Position numbers and translations under genes: made by a program. From Euprymna scolopes (lineage: Eukaryota): DNA of 64,000 nucleotides. A model generated the notes under the pieces. The model worked only from the letters and a program-made list of their open reading frames with translations, ran no database searches and was not told the origin of the DNA. The stretch's first letter is position 1. Each line of letters starts with the position of its first letter. The stretch lies in the NCBI GenBank assembly GCA_053919585.1, contig CM132803.1; one strand, 5' to 3'. Positions 22,200 through 37,315 of the stretch are shown here, one piece after another.

Positions 22200-25100
22200 T
22201 ATTAGAAGTGACAATCTTTCAGCATCTAGGGACCTCTACAGAGAAGAAGTGTGTTTTTGCTGCTAGTCATGTAGGTTAAGGATATTTGCTAAAAGAATAC
22301 AAATGCAGTAAGTTCATCTGAGTACATTCCATGGAAGTACTTGTAAAACAAGCACAAGAATGCAACACTGGTGATGCAGTGAGTGCTGAAGTTTGCCAGC
22401 TAGTGTGCGACATTAGATTAGAAATTCTTTTTTGCACCCTATCCAAGAGGGAGAGGATAGTGGTTGGTGCACTGGCCTATATGTGGCAACAATACTCCAT
22501 GCACTGGCAAATAGTGGTTTTATAGAAATATCGGATACAGGTGTGAGAAGTGTTCTAGCCTACATTGTCCACTGATGTTCGTTTAGAATGTCAAGCTGGG
22601 GAGTTTGAATGTTGAACTCAGGAAGAGTGCTATTGGCCATGAGAATCAGTGGTTGAAAAAGTTTCTTATATTTGTTAAAGGAAATGAGCTTTGTCTTAAT
22701 ATGACCATCCATTTTTAACCACATTCGACCACAGACAGATCATTTTCCAAGGATTCAATCATTGACTTACTCGTGTGGACATTCAATTTGCCCTCAAGTT
22801 AGGAATAGAGCATGGTGTCATCAGCAAATACACTGATCTTAGATGAGATTGCATCAGAGAAGTTGTTTATAAATTTCAAGAATAATATAGGTTCTAATAT
22901 AACTTCTTGGGACACACCTGCATTAATATAATGTTGTTCAGATGTACGGCCACACAGAACCCCCTGAATCTTTGTCTTGACTAAGAAAGATTTGATTATC
23001 CCCATACATAATAAAATTCGGGAAAATTTTCCCCTCCAGAAAAAAAAAATTGTAGGTTTGCAACCACAGATGTTACATATAAATTCATTATGATCAGACT
23101 ACTAGCTTTTCATATTCTTTACCGTCTTTTCCAACTATTTCATTCTTTTGTTTTCTTTGCTGTTCAGCCATTCCTCAATGTTCATACATAACCACAGATG
23201 CCATTTTTTTTTTTTTGTTCTAACCAGCACACCAGTGATTTCCTATCATTTGTTTTTTCCTTCTTCTTCTTCTTCTTCTTCTTCTACATAAAACTTATAG
23301 ACACTTTCTAACAAGATCTTTACAGAATATGTTGGTTATTGAAAGGGTTTTTCTTGAGTATAATTTTTAATTCACCAGTTTAAATGCTTCAAAATCCCTT
23401 TTGATTTTTCTGAACTGGACACGTTATTGATTTAATAACGTTTTTTTCTCATGTATACATTTTGATTCGCCAATTTAAATGCTTCAAAATTTCTTTCGAT
23501 TTTTTCTAAAACATACATGCATAACATACTATCAGTAAGGATTCGAGATTGCCACTATAGCTTGTGGTGGTTTTCACCTTCATTAACAGAACATAATTGG
23601 GCATATCAAGAAATATCTCAAAATAACTTTTATATTTAATAGTTTTTTTTAGAGACCATATACTTTTACAAATTGTGCATAAATAAACATGCCGGATCAC
23701 ATTCAGGCCCTTACCATTTTACACATGGGTACTCATACAGAATACAGACTATGCTGAAATACTAACATTATGGCTGCCATTTACCAACACGTGATGCCCG
23801 TGACAAAAAGTTGTTAAGGCAGCCAGTGCTCACAAGTAACCACCTCAATACAGCAATAATTAACAATGCCCACCAGGGCCTGCCTGTACTATTAACTAAC
23901 AGTAACCACCTAAAAAGATCACTATCCCCCAGTTACCCCAGATAATAAGTCATAACCGCCACTAGATGACAGTGCACGATACTGATTGCCATGCACCATA
24001 GTGACAGATGTAAAGGCAAGTAACTACCCTAAAACAATACTAATCACCAACTATGACAGCCAGCAGATTCCATTAACTGCCACTGCCAGACAATGCAAGA
24101 CAGTGGAATCCAGGTGCTTTCATTCTGCCACCAGTGGCCAGAATTTTCTGGAGTTGAAAATAACTACCACTAGCAACTACCTCCATCTACCTGTGTTCTG
24201 TGTTAATATTTTTTATCTGTTGATCAATAACCAGTAATTTATGTGATTTACATATGATAATGCACTAGATAATCAAAGGTTCTTTCATTTTCAGTGAGGA
24301 GAGTAACTGTAGCTATTTTGGTTTTGTGTCATATTTCCACCAGGCAACGCCGGTACACAGGTCCTGCTAGTACTTAATATTTGTCTAATAGTGCTGTACA
24401 AATTGATTTTCCTAAGAAGACTTTCATGCCAAATATTGTCAAAGGATTTGGAGATATCTAACAATACCACTCTAATTTCACATAATTATCTAGTGTGTGG
24501 TATATATGTTCAGTAATGATTATTGGGATATCTGCAGTAAAATGGGATTGTTGATCAGAAAAAAAGTTTTGCATTTTACATGCACTAAATCCATACTATT
24601 GGACAGAAAAAATGCAGCATTTTTGAGGTGATGAACTACCACTAGATTGATTAATGATACAAACATTTTAGCAAAGAATGAGAGCAGACTTATGGAGTGA
24701 TATTTTGCAGGTCAGTTCTATCACCAGAATTCTTGAATGGTAACACATTTTTAGTTATCAAAGAAGCAAGATTCTACAAAGCATTTATTATAGAGTTTGA
24801 AGAGGATAGTAGTCAAGAGCATTTTTTTCTATTACAAATAGCAAGGATATGATCTGGTCCACATGCTTTTGTAGATGTTGAGGTTTTTATGTAGCCAGAA
24901 TATGAGAATGGATGATAATCAGATCATCTAGTACAGTTTCTGTCAATAGTGAAAATTAAGGAGGGGGTTGTCTGCAGAATCCAAGGTGAAGTTGATGGCA
25001 AACCTCGTCTATTGCCATGGAAATAATTTAATGGTGATTAGATAGTGAAGAAACTGTGGACTGCCTATTGTTCACCACACTATCATAGATTTTCCAGAAA
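22200..25100 (-). mobile_element. Decayed non-LTR (LINE) reverse transcriptase, split by an insertion at 22999-24370
   Basis: Ordered minus-strand motifs: KACGPDHI (~24860), SISLLSFFAKMF (~24690), DISKSFDNIWH (~24450), [insert], GVSQEVILEPILF (~22920), FADDT (~22820), YKTTICQCMEYCCHI (~22510). Confidence 0.85.
22999..24370 (+). mobile_element. Non-autonomous Helitron-like element
   Basis: 5' TC, 3' GGCAACGCCGG...GCTAG, inserted between A and T with no TSD. Removing it restores the host LINE frame (QILSIIKSFLV on the minus strand). Confidence 0.8.
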
Positions 25101-25409
25101 ATGAGTTGTTAATATTTTGTGACAGAATGTTATTAAATTTACCCAATTTTCTGATTAATAATTATTTACATGATTCAATTACTGATGATAACAGGAAATC
25201 TCAGGAAGATAAAATATATATACCACCTCTAAACAAATGGTTTAAAAAAGCAATATTTCACAATACTTGAGTTATTCTCCCCCAATTCAACCAGAACTTA
25301 CAAAAAATGTTTATTCAAGTAGTGGTTAAGGGCATAAATGTTTTACTTGTTAAATACGATCGCTTTTCTCATTTTTATAGTTAATTAATTTTTATTTTAT
25401 ATCTTGCAG

Positions 25410-25690
25410 ATGTATATCCTTCTCAATACTGTAATCCTCCTCCTCCTACTTCACAAACAGATCAACAACAAACATCAGAAATCAGACTGTTGGGACAGAC
25501 TGTTAACTATCCTAGTGATACTACAATAGTAGCCAGGGGCTTTTATACACCCTATATGAATGAAAACAGTCCTAATTCAGATAGTAATAGCAGTTACCCT
25601 TCTAATAGACATTTACAATCAAGAAATATCTCTACAAGTGGAAGTCAAACTTCAATCAATAGACCATTACCTCCTGTACCAAACATCTAA
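25410..25690 (+). CDS. Pcdh: Protocadherin gene 3, terminal exon 4
   Basis: cttgCAG|AT GTA TAT CCT; VYPSQYCNPPPP...RPLPPVPNI*; total CDS 2838 nt. Confidence 0.9.
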
Positions 25691-26334
25691 ATGAAATCCA
25701 TAGAAATATTTTATCATTCTTATTGTTAGTTTAGGAACTTGAAAACATGAAAACGAAAAATAACTGCAACATTTTTAATAGTTAATGAATTAACAAGATT
25801 TAATAAACACCATTAAAATATTATGTAACTCACTCAGAAATTAGTTTTATTTGTTAATCTCAACTTCATACATTTGAGTATTTAGAAAAACACTTGAAAT
25901 GGTGATTTTAATATAAGAAATGTTGAAATTCTATATTTTAAACTTGGGAAAGAATATACGACTTCACTTGATTTATATATTTTAATTAATTTTTTTGATA
26001 GATTTAAAAGCATTATTAACTGAATTTATTTTATTTAAATACACATTAATTAATATTTTTCATAAATGTATAGTTAATTAAAAGTATTTCTTTATATAAA
26101 ATTAAACAGAACTTAAACTGTGTAAAAGTATTATTTTATACTTATTTTAAATTATCAAAATACTTATTAAGTACTAAATAAATAATTATATAAAATTATA
26201 CTGCTCTAAACCTACTCAGTTATTAAGCATATATCAGTATTAAAATATTAAAAGTTACAATGTTATTCTCCAATGCTACTTGAGATAGAAAGAAAAACAC
26301 AAAGCAGAAAGGAAGAATAGACTGTTTTGACTAT

Positions 26335-26698
26335 TGCATTTTGGGAATCTATTTTAATTTTTTTAAATAATTTCAAATAATTGATATTAGTGTCAATTAT
26401 TGTCTATAATTATACTAATGCGTATTCAGAAATAAATGTAAATAGAAAAATATTTCCAAAAATATAAATCAGTTATGTTCATCCAAAAAGAGGCTATTTA
26501 CTGGTAACGTTTAATGAGGGAGGTGGAGTAGGAAATGAGAGAAATGAACTGCAGCAGCCATTATACAGACGGCATACTATTCAGGACTGCTGTAACTTTA
26601 AACACAAAATGTACAACTATAATGTTGAATTATAGAAACATCACATATACTCCAGTTAATGTAACTGAAATTTGAAGGAAACAGATTTAAGAACAAAG
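26335..26698 (+). promoter_or_regulatory. Putative promoter and non-coding exon 1 of gene 4
   Basis: TGCATTTTGGGA 26335-26346; GCAGCCATT 26554-26562; donor ACAAAG|GTAATT at 26698/26699. Confidence 0.7.
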
Positions 26699-27708
26699 GT
26701 AATTTTCTTATTGTTATTTCTTGTATTCACTGGCTTTTACTATTTGTGCTATACTGAATAAAAAGAAAGCCAACTTTGTATTTCATCTTTTTTGTTGTTT
26801 TAATCATTGTTTGAAATATCTAAAAGTAATAAGATTTCATAATTCTTTATCATTCTCTATAAAAATATCACAACTTTATAAATGTTTCTAAAGATTATGT
26901 AATTTTGATGATTATTGATATTTGAAGAATTTGAATGCAAAACGAGTTAAATGCCATATCTTTACAAAAGATGATGCATTTAAATACTTTAAGCCATTGC
27001 AAAATATTGTTTTACATAATATGATATTGGCAAAATATTTTTTTTTTGTAATCAATCAAAATAAGCTTTTATTAATGTCTGGATTTGATATATTTACTCT
27101 TTTATTGTTTAATTTAAAGAAAATAGGATAATCACATTTTGTAAGCAGATTCTTAATATCCAGAATTATTTTTGGATACTCATTTAAATTAAAGTGTTTA
27201 CAAATCGGAAAAATTCTTTATCTATGTTGTTTTGTTTTTCATTTTCTTCTAATGAACTTTCATTTTGTTTTTTATATCATCAATGATCATCCATATAAAT
27301 TTTAACATTTTAATTTAATCTAAATAAACATTTATGGATAATGCTTTTCAAAAGTATTTTTAAAATACTTAAACCAAATCATGTGTAAAATAATATTTAA
27401 AAAATTATTAATACATTTTTTTAAAAGGAATTGAGTGTAGTGTTTTAATTGCATAAAACCAAAAATAACAAAAAAAAAACAAAAAAGAACATATATATCA
27501 TTTACATTAATCATTATCATGAGTAAATATAATCTCAAAAGCATGCCGGAAGTATTTACAATTATTTTTTATATAGGAATTTATATCATTTTTGCTCATC
27601 TTTAAATAAATATATAAGAAAATTTTACTTTCTTAAAACAAGGTTTTAATTTAACATTTCAGAAAATATTCCCAGTACATCAACTAAACAGCTTTATTAT
27701 CGAAAAGG

Positions 27709-30102
27709 ATGCTAAACAAAATATTTCTGCTGGTTTGGATCATAAAAGCTTGTATGTGTACAGATCTTACATACAATGTGGAAGAAGGGAAAAGTCCAGA
27801 TATTTATGTTGGTGATGTTGCTGCTGATTCACATGTGATGAAGGATATTGCTGAGTCTGACCATAAACTAATCGGATTCAGCCTTCTTCATAAAGGGGCT
27901 ACTGCGAATTCTCCATTATTTAGAATATCGAAAGGGACTGGAAAACTATACACTGCACAAACATTAGATGCAGAATCTCTTTGTATTTATAAAAAAGAAT
28001 GTTTTCAGATGGTTGATGTTGCAGTTAGAAAATCAACAACTGTTTTCAAGTTATTAGAAATAAAAGTAATAATACAGGACATCAATGATCATCAGCCAGA
28101 GTTTCCTGATAAACAAATTACTATTGAATTTGAAGAAGGAGATGGTAAAGGTATGAAAAGATCAATTCCAAATGCCATAGACAAAGATGTAGGAATCACT
28201 AATTCACAAATTACTTATGAACTAAAAAAGACCAAAGATGAACCTTTCATATTGTCTACAATGAAAAAAATTGATGGAACATCTGATCTGAGTATAGAAT
28301 TAGAAAGAATGTTAAACAGAGAAGTCAAAGACTCATATAAAATTCAAGTAATTGCAAAAGATGGAGGATCACCACCAAAACAAAGTGTATTGACTGTTCA
28401 CATTTCAATCACAGATGTAAATGATAATAAACCAATATTTTCTAAAAAGGTTTATAATGTTTCTATTGACAGCAAACATAATGAAGCCAAACCAGTTGTC
28501 ATATTATTTGCTAAAGATTTAGATTCTGGAGAAAATGGCAAAGTAAAATATCATATTACGGCAAAAACAACTGAAAGTACAAGAAAGATTTTTGATTTAA
28601 ATGAAATTACTGGAGAATTATTTCTACATAAAAAAGACATATTAAATAAGGAAGTAATATATGAATTATATGTAGAAGCGAGAGATGGAGGTAATCCACC
28701 TTTACGATCATTAGCAATGGTTTTTGTAAATGTTATGAACCAGCAAAATAAAGCTCCATTAATAGATGTGAACTTTTTTTCCACATCCAGAGAAAATACA
28801 GTTGATGTTTCTGAAAACATAAAAGTTGGTAGTTTCATTGCTTATGTAAAAGTAAGTGATGAGGATGCTGGTCAGAATGGAGAGGTGAACTGTGAAATAA
28901 AACATGATAAATTTCAATTGCAAAACATGGGAACCAAGAAATACCAAGTGATAGTGAAAACTCTTTTAGACAGGGAAATTGAAGATCATCACAGTATAAT
29001 TATCAAATGTCAAGACAAAGGATCTCCTCCTCTTCAAAGCAAAAGGACATTTTCTGTACATGTGATTGATGTTAATGATGTACAACCAGTGTTTTCTAAA
29101 CAATTATTTAAATTCTTCATTGATGAAAACCAGAGATCGAAAATTCCTATTGGCACAATCAATGCCACAGATCCAGACTTGGGACTTGGAGGTAAACTGT
29201 CTTTTTCTTTAGTGAGCACCAATAAACAATTTGTACCATTTCGAATCACTGAAAATGGATTAATCTCTTCAATTATGTCTTTAGACCATGAGTTTCAAGA
29301 TATTTATAATTTTGAAGTGTTTGTAAAAGACAAAGGAAGTCCATCATTGAATAACACAGTGAATGTGATTGTTAAGGTGAGAGATGAAAATGATAATGCT
29401 CCATATTTCACATTTCCCAGTGTTAATCCTTATAATATGGATGTAACATATTACCCGCATCATACAAAGAACATCAGCCAGATAAAGGCATCAGACAGTG
29501 ACAGTCAAGAGAATGCATTTCTAAAATATGAAATAATCAGAGGCAATAGCAAACAGATATTCAGCATCAACCAGTACACTGGTTTGTTATGTTCAACTCA
29601 TGTCCTAAGCCAACAAGATGCTGGCTCATATGAGCTGGAGTTTCTAGTGAAGGACAGTGGTAGCCCAGTTCTATCAGCCAGAACTACTGTATATTTGACA
29701 CTGACTGTAAGCAACAAGACATCAGAAATGCTAAATGCTGTTAACATCAAAAAAGATAACAAGATTCACCTGACTTCAGCAATTATCATTGTGTCTGTAG
29801 CAGTGACAATAGCTGTGATCATTACAGCTTCAATCTCAGTGTGTATCCTTCGCTGTTGCAATCCTCGAAGTGTTCCAGTAGCAGAAAGCGGATATGTGAG
29901 TAGTGGTCAGAGACATTTGATAAGTCCTCCTTACCCAGCAAATCCTTGGTCCAATGTTGCTCTTCCTACAAGTGATGCAGTTGATATGAGAAGAAGCAGT
30001 CAACCACCAACACCCAGAATGCAAACCCATCCTTACTCAAGTGCTCAACAAATGCTGTCTTCTCAAACAACAAAACCCCAATTGCTTAACGATTCATCTG
30101 AG
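27709..30102 (+). CDS. Pcdh: Protocadherin gene 4, exon 2 CDS; spliced protein 945 aa
   Basis: ATG 27709; acceptor atttCAG| at 27662; six EC repeats and TM; donor GAG|GTAGGT. Confidence 0.95.
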
Positions 30103-30543
30103 GTAGGTTCATTAACTTGTAGTTTTAGATTTTTATATTTGCAAATTTGATAAACTGTTATAGTTTTAGAATCGTTTTAGAATTCTTATAGAAATTTTTA
30201 TCTTTTATTTATAAATTCCTATTTATTCTATAGATATAGAAAATCCATGCAATTTCTTTGTTTTTGATAGAATTAATGTAATATCTGTTTCTGCAGCCAT
30301 ATTTATCTTTTTCTCTCTCTGTAACTGAATGTTCATATAGGCAAATCTTATCTTTTTCTCAAGAACAAAATGTCCTTAATAATACCGTATTTAGAATCAA
30401 TAAAAAGACTGAATACTTTTTTGTCTACAACATACACAGAAAATACTGCAAAACAAAAGAAAACATTTTTTCATGATTGGATTTTGACAGGTTGTAAATA
30501 ACAAAGAAACACAGATAATTGCAATAAGTTCATGCCACAAGTA

Positions 30544-31380
30544 CAGTAAAAGTGTCGCCCTAAAGAAAACAACACCACAGGTTTATTTTAAAATTTTTAT
30601 TAAAAAAATCAATTCAGATAACTTGATTATGTAGTAGAGCTGCCAACTATTCAATGTAGTCGCCTTCAGCCTCAATCACTGCCTTGATATGGGTCTGGAA
30701 GTGGGAACATGCTTTTCTACAAGCGCCAGTAGGAGCTTGGCGAATACTCGGCGGATGACAGTGATCAGGCTGGCTTTGGTGTTGTGGGGGGTCATGTTGC
30801 TGATGTTTTCAACGTATGACCAAATGTAGTCTAGTGGGTTCAGATTCGAGAAGGAGGTGAGAGGTAGTGAAAGAAGGGTACAAAGACTACTTTGGACTTG
30901 TGGGATGGCACTGAGTCCTGCTGCCTTACCCAGGGGATCACCACATTCTTCAGAACATCTAGGTACACTTTGGTGTTGACTTTCAAGCTGATCGAAGGAA
31001 GCTGTGAGGTGACATGATTTGGCCTTACTTGAAACCACATCAAAGATAACTGTGGCCAGAAACTTTGTTTTCATCACCCTGAGAATGTGCCTGTTATTCG
31101 TGGCAATCCAGCGATGCATTTTGAAGGTGCTGGCAATAGTCCTGTTGTCATAACCTGGATCAGTAAAGAGCATGAGTTGTACAGTGGCATATCTCTGATC
31201 TCGCTCGTTGAATATTGTGTCACGTTCAGACATGATAGAAGACTCCTATTACTCTTGAGATTTGTATACAACTGGCCAACTAGTAAGTGGTTTGCAACAA
31301 CAAAAGAAAATTGGTTTTCATCAAACAGCAATGGAATTATGTCATCTTTTCTAGGGCGACGATTTTATCGGTTCACCCTG
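30544..31380 (-). mobile_element. Internally deleted Tc1/mariner (DDD-type) DNA transposon in gene 4 intron 2
   Basis: TA-flanked; right TIR TAGGGCGACGATTTTATCGGTTCACCCTG, left TIR partly deleted (CAG..TGTCGCCCTA); transposase motifs QQDSVPSH and NLNPLDYIW. Confidence 0.85.
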
Positions 31381-33802
31381 TATTATAAATATGTCCAGTA
31401 AAATTGATTATTGAATTGTTCAATACAATATTATTACACTTTGATCTTAATCAAAAGGCAAGAAATCATAAAAATGTTTTTGTGACTAGGCATTTTAAAT
31501 GAATGAAAAAATTTAAAAAAAAAAAAAACAAATCTTGATTTAAGTGGAATATTATAAGATCAGTATTCATGGAATTATCTACTCTTTTTTTAAGAAAGTG
31601 GTGAGAATTTCCCAGGTGTTACATCCTCCTCGGCAGAGGTGGTAATCTAATATCTGCATTGTTCTAACAAGACCATCTTCCCAGGCACTATAAGTGCTAA
31701 TTTTATCAGTGGTTATTAAGACCAACTCCTATGTTTAATTAATGAAAACTGCCACATGAAAAGAATAGCAAAACATTTTATAACAACAATGAAAGAGTTT
31801 ATTCAATTACCTACTCTATTTGGTATAAGTGGACAATGTCTAAATGGGTTGTTAAAAGTCTGTGAGAGCAGTTATTTTCACACAAAGTTAGTGTTTGAGT
31901 GTCCAATGAATAGGGACAGAAAAGAGAAAGAGGGTATCTTTTCTCATTGCTTTCAATGATCTCTTTGAGAACTAACCATGGTTCCCATAGGGGCTTTAGT
32001 AATAATTCTTGAAACTGATGAAATAAATGTGTTTTACAAACTGATTGGTCAGTATGTAACCAACTCGCTTCACAGGGACATTTCTCTGAGTAAGAAAAGT
32101 CATTATTTATGCTACAAAACTAGCTTCTTTTTCTGAAGAGTGGGTAATGTAGTATCTGTTCTGAAATCATGCCAGCATTTGCATTTACACTATACATCAA
32201 TAAAGTTATTATTCATTTAAACATATTTGACACCAACCAAATGTCAAGTAGTTTTTGCTACTATATGTATATTTTCTCTGTAATATCAAATAAATTGTAT
32301 ATACAATTTATTTGATGATTTTTTTTTTGTGTGAAATTATGTTTATTCTAGACAATTAATTTATTACAATTAAATTAAATATGTATAAGTATGTATTTAT
32401 GTTTCCTTTATAAAACCTAATTAATTGAAATATTGAAAACATTTCTGCAGATATGAAATCCTAAGGATCAATTCAAACTTAAAACATTAATAACGAGAGA
32501 TGAGAAATCTGACTCAAACGCTGAGAATATGTTATGATTATAGTAAGTTTAATATTAAATTTATAATTTCAAAACGGAAATTTATTTACAATTAAAGATA
32601 TGTTTCAACCATATTAAAACAATTAGTAATACTTATTTTATTTATAAAAACTTATCAAAAAATAAACCAATACAAAATAAACATGTGCATAAATTGGGAT
32701 AAAAATTGATTTTGATCTACAAAACCTTTTGTTATCAATTAAAAAGAAAGATTGAAGAACATTTTAGCAAAAATTTTATTTCAGTAAAATGGATTAAAAC
32801 ATGAAACGTGACTTTTAACTATTGTACTATTATATTTTCAAGATAATTTCAGATAAACAGTTTTGAAAAATAATCTAATATAATGTTCGCTAAAGTAAGA
32901 AAAATGTATATATTCTTGAGATGTTTCTATTTAATGTACACATTTAGAAACGAAAATGCTAATTCAAACTTAAGCAAAACACTAAATTGATTGACTGATA
33001 GACAAAACCTCTCAATGATGTAAGGATAAAATGAAAAATATATAATTGATATTTTTTTAAATATTTTTATTGCATTCTGCTATATTTTCATGTATTAAGC
33101 CTGTAATAATGTTATATTTGTTTGAACTTCGACTTAGTTTCTTTGTAATTCTTTCCTAAAACTTTATCAATGACAAGGTCTATATTATCTGTTTCATTCA
33201 GAAATCTATGATATTTTATACCTGGTCGGTTATGATAATATTTTTTCAACAAATAATTTTTTTATTTAAGATTAATTTTTATAACTAGTTCAATTAAATA
33301 GTACATGCTTTTGAATGTTCTAAATAAATAAAATTAGAAAAATAAATGTCATATGGTTTTATGAAACAAACAAACATGGTAGAAAGTAAAATAATTTTTT
33401 ACACATTTTAAAGATAACTTCTAAAAAAGATTTTACATAAAGTTCCATAAAGAAAAAGCTAAAACATTTTTAAAATAATTCAAAACTATGGAATTGGTTT
33501 TGTTATTAGTTTACAAGATTAAAAAAAAATTATTTACATGGTTGTTACCTTTTTAAATGGGTTTAGCATTAAACTTTTGAAAGAGTTTTAAAAATTTGAA
33601 AAATAAAAGAACAAAACATAATTGTTAGCATCAATACACAAGTTATATAAAAGTAAATATCCGGTATTTTAGCATGTAATTTTATTTTAGTACATAATAT
33701 ATTGCATTTTTACTTTGAAAAATCTATGATTATGAATATTTTGTGTTATATTTTATATATTTTATACTGTTTTTATTATATTATGAATATTGTTTTATTT
33801 AG

Positions 33803-33965
33803 ATGTATGTTCAAGATGTAGCACTGCCATCTAATGGTAACAGAAAAGACAAGAGGACAGGAAGAATACAAGAATATTCCAGTAGAAGTTCAATAAAATC
33901 TTCTAACCATGATGACAGACAAGGGTGGAATCATGCAAACACAAGACCGGCAGAAGTTGTATCAG
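33803..33965 (+). CDS. Pcdh: Protocadherin gene 4, exon 3
   Basis: tttAG|ATGTATGTTCAAGAT; MYVQDVALPSNGNRKDKRTG...VVS; donor TCAG|GTAATT. Confidence 0.9.
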
Positions 33966-34474
33966 GTAATTTGCATATTTTGCAAATGTGTATATCGGTA
34001 ATACTGAATTTCGTGTAATATCTTAAATATTAATGAACGATTTCACTTAAACAGTCAGAAAAATAAAAATGCAAACGAAATTTTTATTCAAGAATATGGT
34101 TTTGTCATTGTTATTGCCAACCATCTTGCTCATTCTGAACAACAGAGTTTATAAGCATTATTAAATATTTCAAACTTAGAAATCATGCATGAATTAATCT
34201 AAAAACATTTATACACTTAATGATTATTATTCACTTTTGTTTGGAAGACAGAATATGATTATTTTCCTTTACAACGTTTACCTACATTTATTGATATTTA
34301 TTTGCTTTCCGACAAAAGCAAAATGTGACACAAGGTCGTTTTAATGTGGGAGAAAACTAGCTCCCCAAAAAGGAGCACTCTGGAAGTACGCAAAAATTAA
34401 TGGGCTTAGTATAGAAGGGGTTTCCCGTACATTGACTAAGTGTAGAATCAGATTCGATTTTGATTTTCATGTTA

Positions 34475-34524
<50 letters not shown>

Positions 34525-35246
34525 CAGTAAACCCAGGCTTGTCAAGGGTTAAAATAGGCACTGTATGCCTTTTGAACCCAGCACATAGCACCATATTAAC
34601 TTTTTTTATTTTTATGTTTTACATTTTATAATATTTAACTTTTGGGGATGATATAAGGATATACACAACATTGATTGAATGAGAGAATGTGTAAGAAAAA
34701 TATTAATTGAAATGCATTTCAGCAAATTAATAGTCTTTAATCTCCTTGGGGCACAATCACCATTTCTCATAATCGATCAACAACCATGTGTACTATCACT
34801 AACTTTTTACCTTTCAACACTGCTATTGTTATTTTGTTAACTTGGATAATTTCTATGTTATAAATATACTAAAATAAAGTAACATTTTTTTTTTGTTGTT
34901 TTTTTTTCTCCTTTGAAAATCAAGTACGGATGAAGACCCCATGACAATGTTGTACCCCTTTTATCAAAATGAAATACACTTATCCAAGTACTCATGGTAA
35001 AATACTTTCAGAGTATATATATAATTCTGGAGTAAATTTCCAAAATTCTAAGAGGAATTTGTGAATAAACAAATAGAAATATAAGTATGAGAGCAAGGAG
35101 GGAGGATACATTTTGAAGTAAATATCCTGCCCTTTTAATTTACTCGTAAAAATCAGCACATCAATTGTTAATATTAGATATGAGTTTTTTTGTTATAAGT
35201 TATCTCATTTGTTTGTTTTTTTTTGCAAATATTTTATATCTTGCAG

Positions 35247-35527
35247 ATGTATATCCTTCCCAATACTGTAATCCTCCTCCTCCTACTTCACAAACAGATC
35301 AACAACAAACATCAGAAATCAGGCCGTTGGGGCAGACTGTTAACTATCCTAGTGATACTACAATAGTAGCCAGGGGCTTTTATACACCCTATATGAATGA
35401 AAACAGTCCTAATACAGATAGTAATAGCAGTTACCCTCCTAATAGACATTTACAATCAAGAAATATCTCTACAAGTGGAAGTCAAACTTCAATCAATAGG
35501 CCATTGCCTCCTGTGCCAAATATTTAA
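35247..35527 (+). CDS. Pcdh: Protocadherin gene 4, terminal exon 4
   Basis: cttgCAG|AT; VYPSQYCNPPPP...RPLPPVPNI*; total CDS 2838 nt. Confidence 0.9.
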
Positions 35528-36233
35528 ATCAATGTTTACAATATTTATCATTTTTATTATTAGTTTAAAAATGAAAAATATAAAACTGAAAAATTACTGT
35601 AACATCTTTTATATTTAATGAACCTAGAGAAACCAGTAAACACTATTAAAATATTACATTACTCACTTATAGAAATGTGTTTTTTTGTTTCAACTTGATT
35701 GATGCAATGATTTAACTATTTTTAAACTAATTTTAAATTGTAATTATAAGTATAAAAATATTGGATAATAATAATTTAATGATAAGGTATAGTAAGTTTT
35801 ATATTTGATATTTTAAATAAAATCTATGCATTCAGATTTTAATGGGTTTTCTAATGTGCTTTAAAGTGTGATGAAATGAGGATCTGTAATTTAAATGTAA
35901 ATAAATAAATTACATAAATATACTTTAATTACCACCAATTCTTTTTAGTGTATAAAATTTTTCCTATTATATAAATATAAAAAAGGTTATTAAATAATGT
36001 CTCTGTATATAAAATTAAACAGAACCAAAATTGTTCAAATATATTCATTTAAACTAAATTATAAAAAAATGTATAAAATAATAAAATTATATTAAATTGC
36101 ACTTCTATAAACTTACTTAGATATTAAGAATATTGGAATTCAACTGTTTAAAGTTACAATGCTATTCGTCAATGCTACTTGAGATAGAAAGAAAAACACA
36201 AAGTAGAAAGGAAGAAGAGAATAATTTGACTAT

Positions 36234-36589
36234 TGCATTTTGGGAGGGTTTTTTTTTTTTTTAAATTAAATTGATATAAATGTCAATTTCCACTTTTATT
36301 TTTACTTAAGTTTGTTAAGAAATAAATTTTAGAAGAAAAATATTTATAAAAATATAAACTAGTTATCTTCATCCAAAAGGAGGCTATTTACTGACAACGT
36401 TTTATGAGAAAGGAAGAGGGGTAAAGGGAGAGAAATGAACTGCAGCAGCCATTACACAGACGGCACACTATTCAGGACTGCTATAACTTTAAACACAAAA
36501 TGTACAACTATAATGTTGAATTATAGAAACATCATATATACTCCAGTTAATGTAACGGAAATTTGAAGGAAACAGATTTAAGAACAAAG
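36234..36589 (+). promoter_or_regulatory. Putative promoter and non-coding exon 1 of gene 5
   Basis: TGCATTTTGGGA 36234-36245; GCAGCCATT 36445-36453; donor ACAAAG|GTAATT at 36589/36590. Confidence 0.7.
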
Positions 36590-37315
36590 GTAATTTTCTT
36601 ATTGTTATTTCTTGTATTCACTGGCTTTTATTGTTTGTGCTATACTGAATAAAAAGAAAGCCAACTTTGTATTTCATCTTTTTTGTTGTTCTAGAAGTAT
36701 CTAAAATAGAAAACTATTTCATCTATCATTCTCTATGCCACAAAATTATACTAATTATGCTTGTAAAGATACACAAAAATTATATAAGTTTAATAATTAT
36801 TAACATTTGCAGAAATAGTCATGGATATTTATTTTTCAATATCTAGATTTATCCTCATTGTATTATTTATTTTGGCATTTTCATTTCAGTTTCATATTTG
36901 TATGATTATATCTCTGATATACAATTGAAAATTTTCAAAAGTATTCATAAAATACTGACACCACATATCATTTATATTTAAAACGAATATTTAAACAATA
37001 TATTGATGTCATTTTTGTTCAAAATTATTGTGGTAAATACATATAAGCAATGGACACAAATGTATGTATCAGTTGCAGTAAATATTTCTAAACTAAATAT
37101 GATAAATGTGTTCTAATATTTGAAAATATTTACAATAATTATGTTTTAAATAAATTATCTGTATCACATTTGTTCCTAGTAAAACCAAAATATTTGTTTT
37201 AAATAAAGAATTTAAGTGAATACTTTTATTAAATAATGTTTTAATTTAACATTTCAGAACTTATTCACAGTACATCATTTGATAAACAAAGAAAAAACTT
37301 ATTGCAAAAAAAAAA

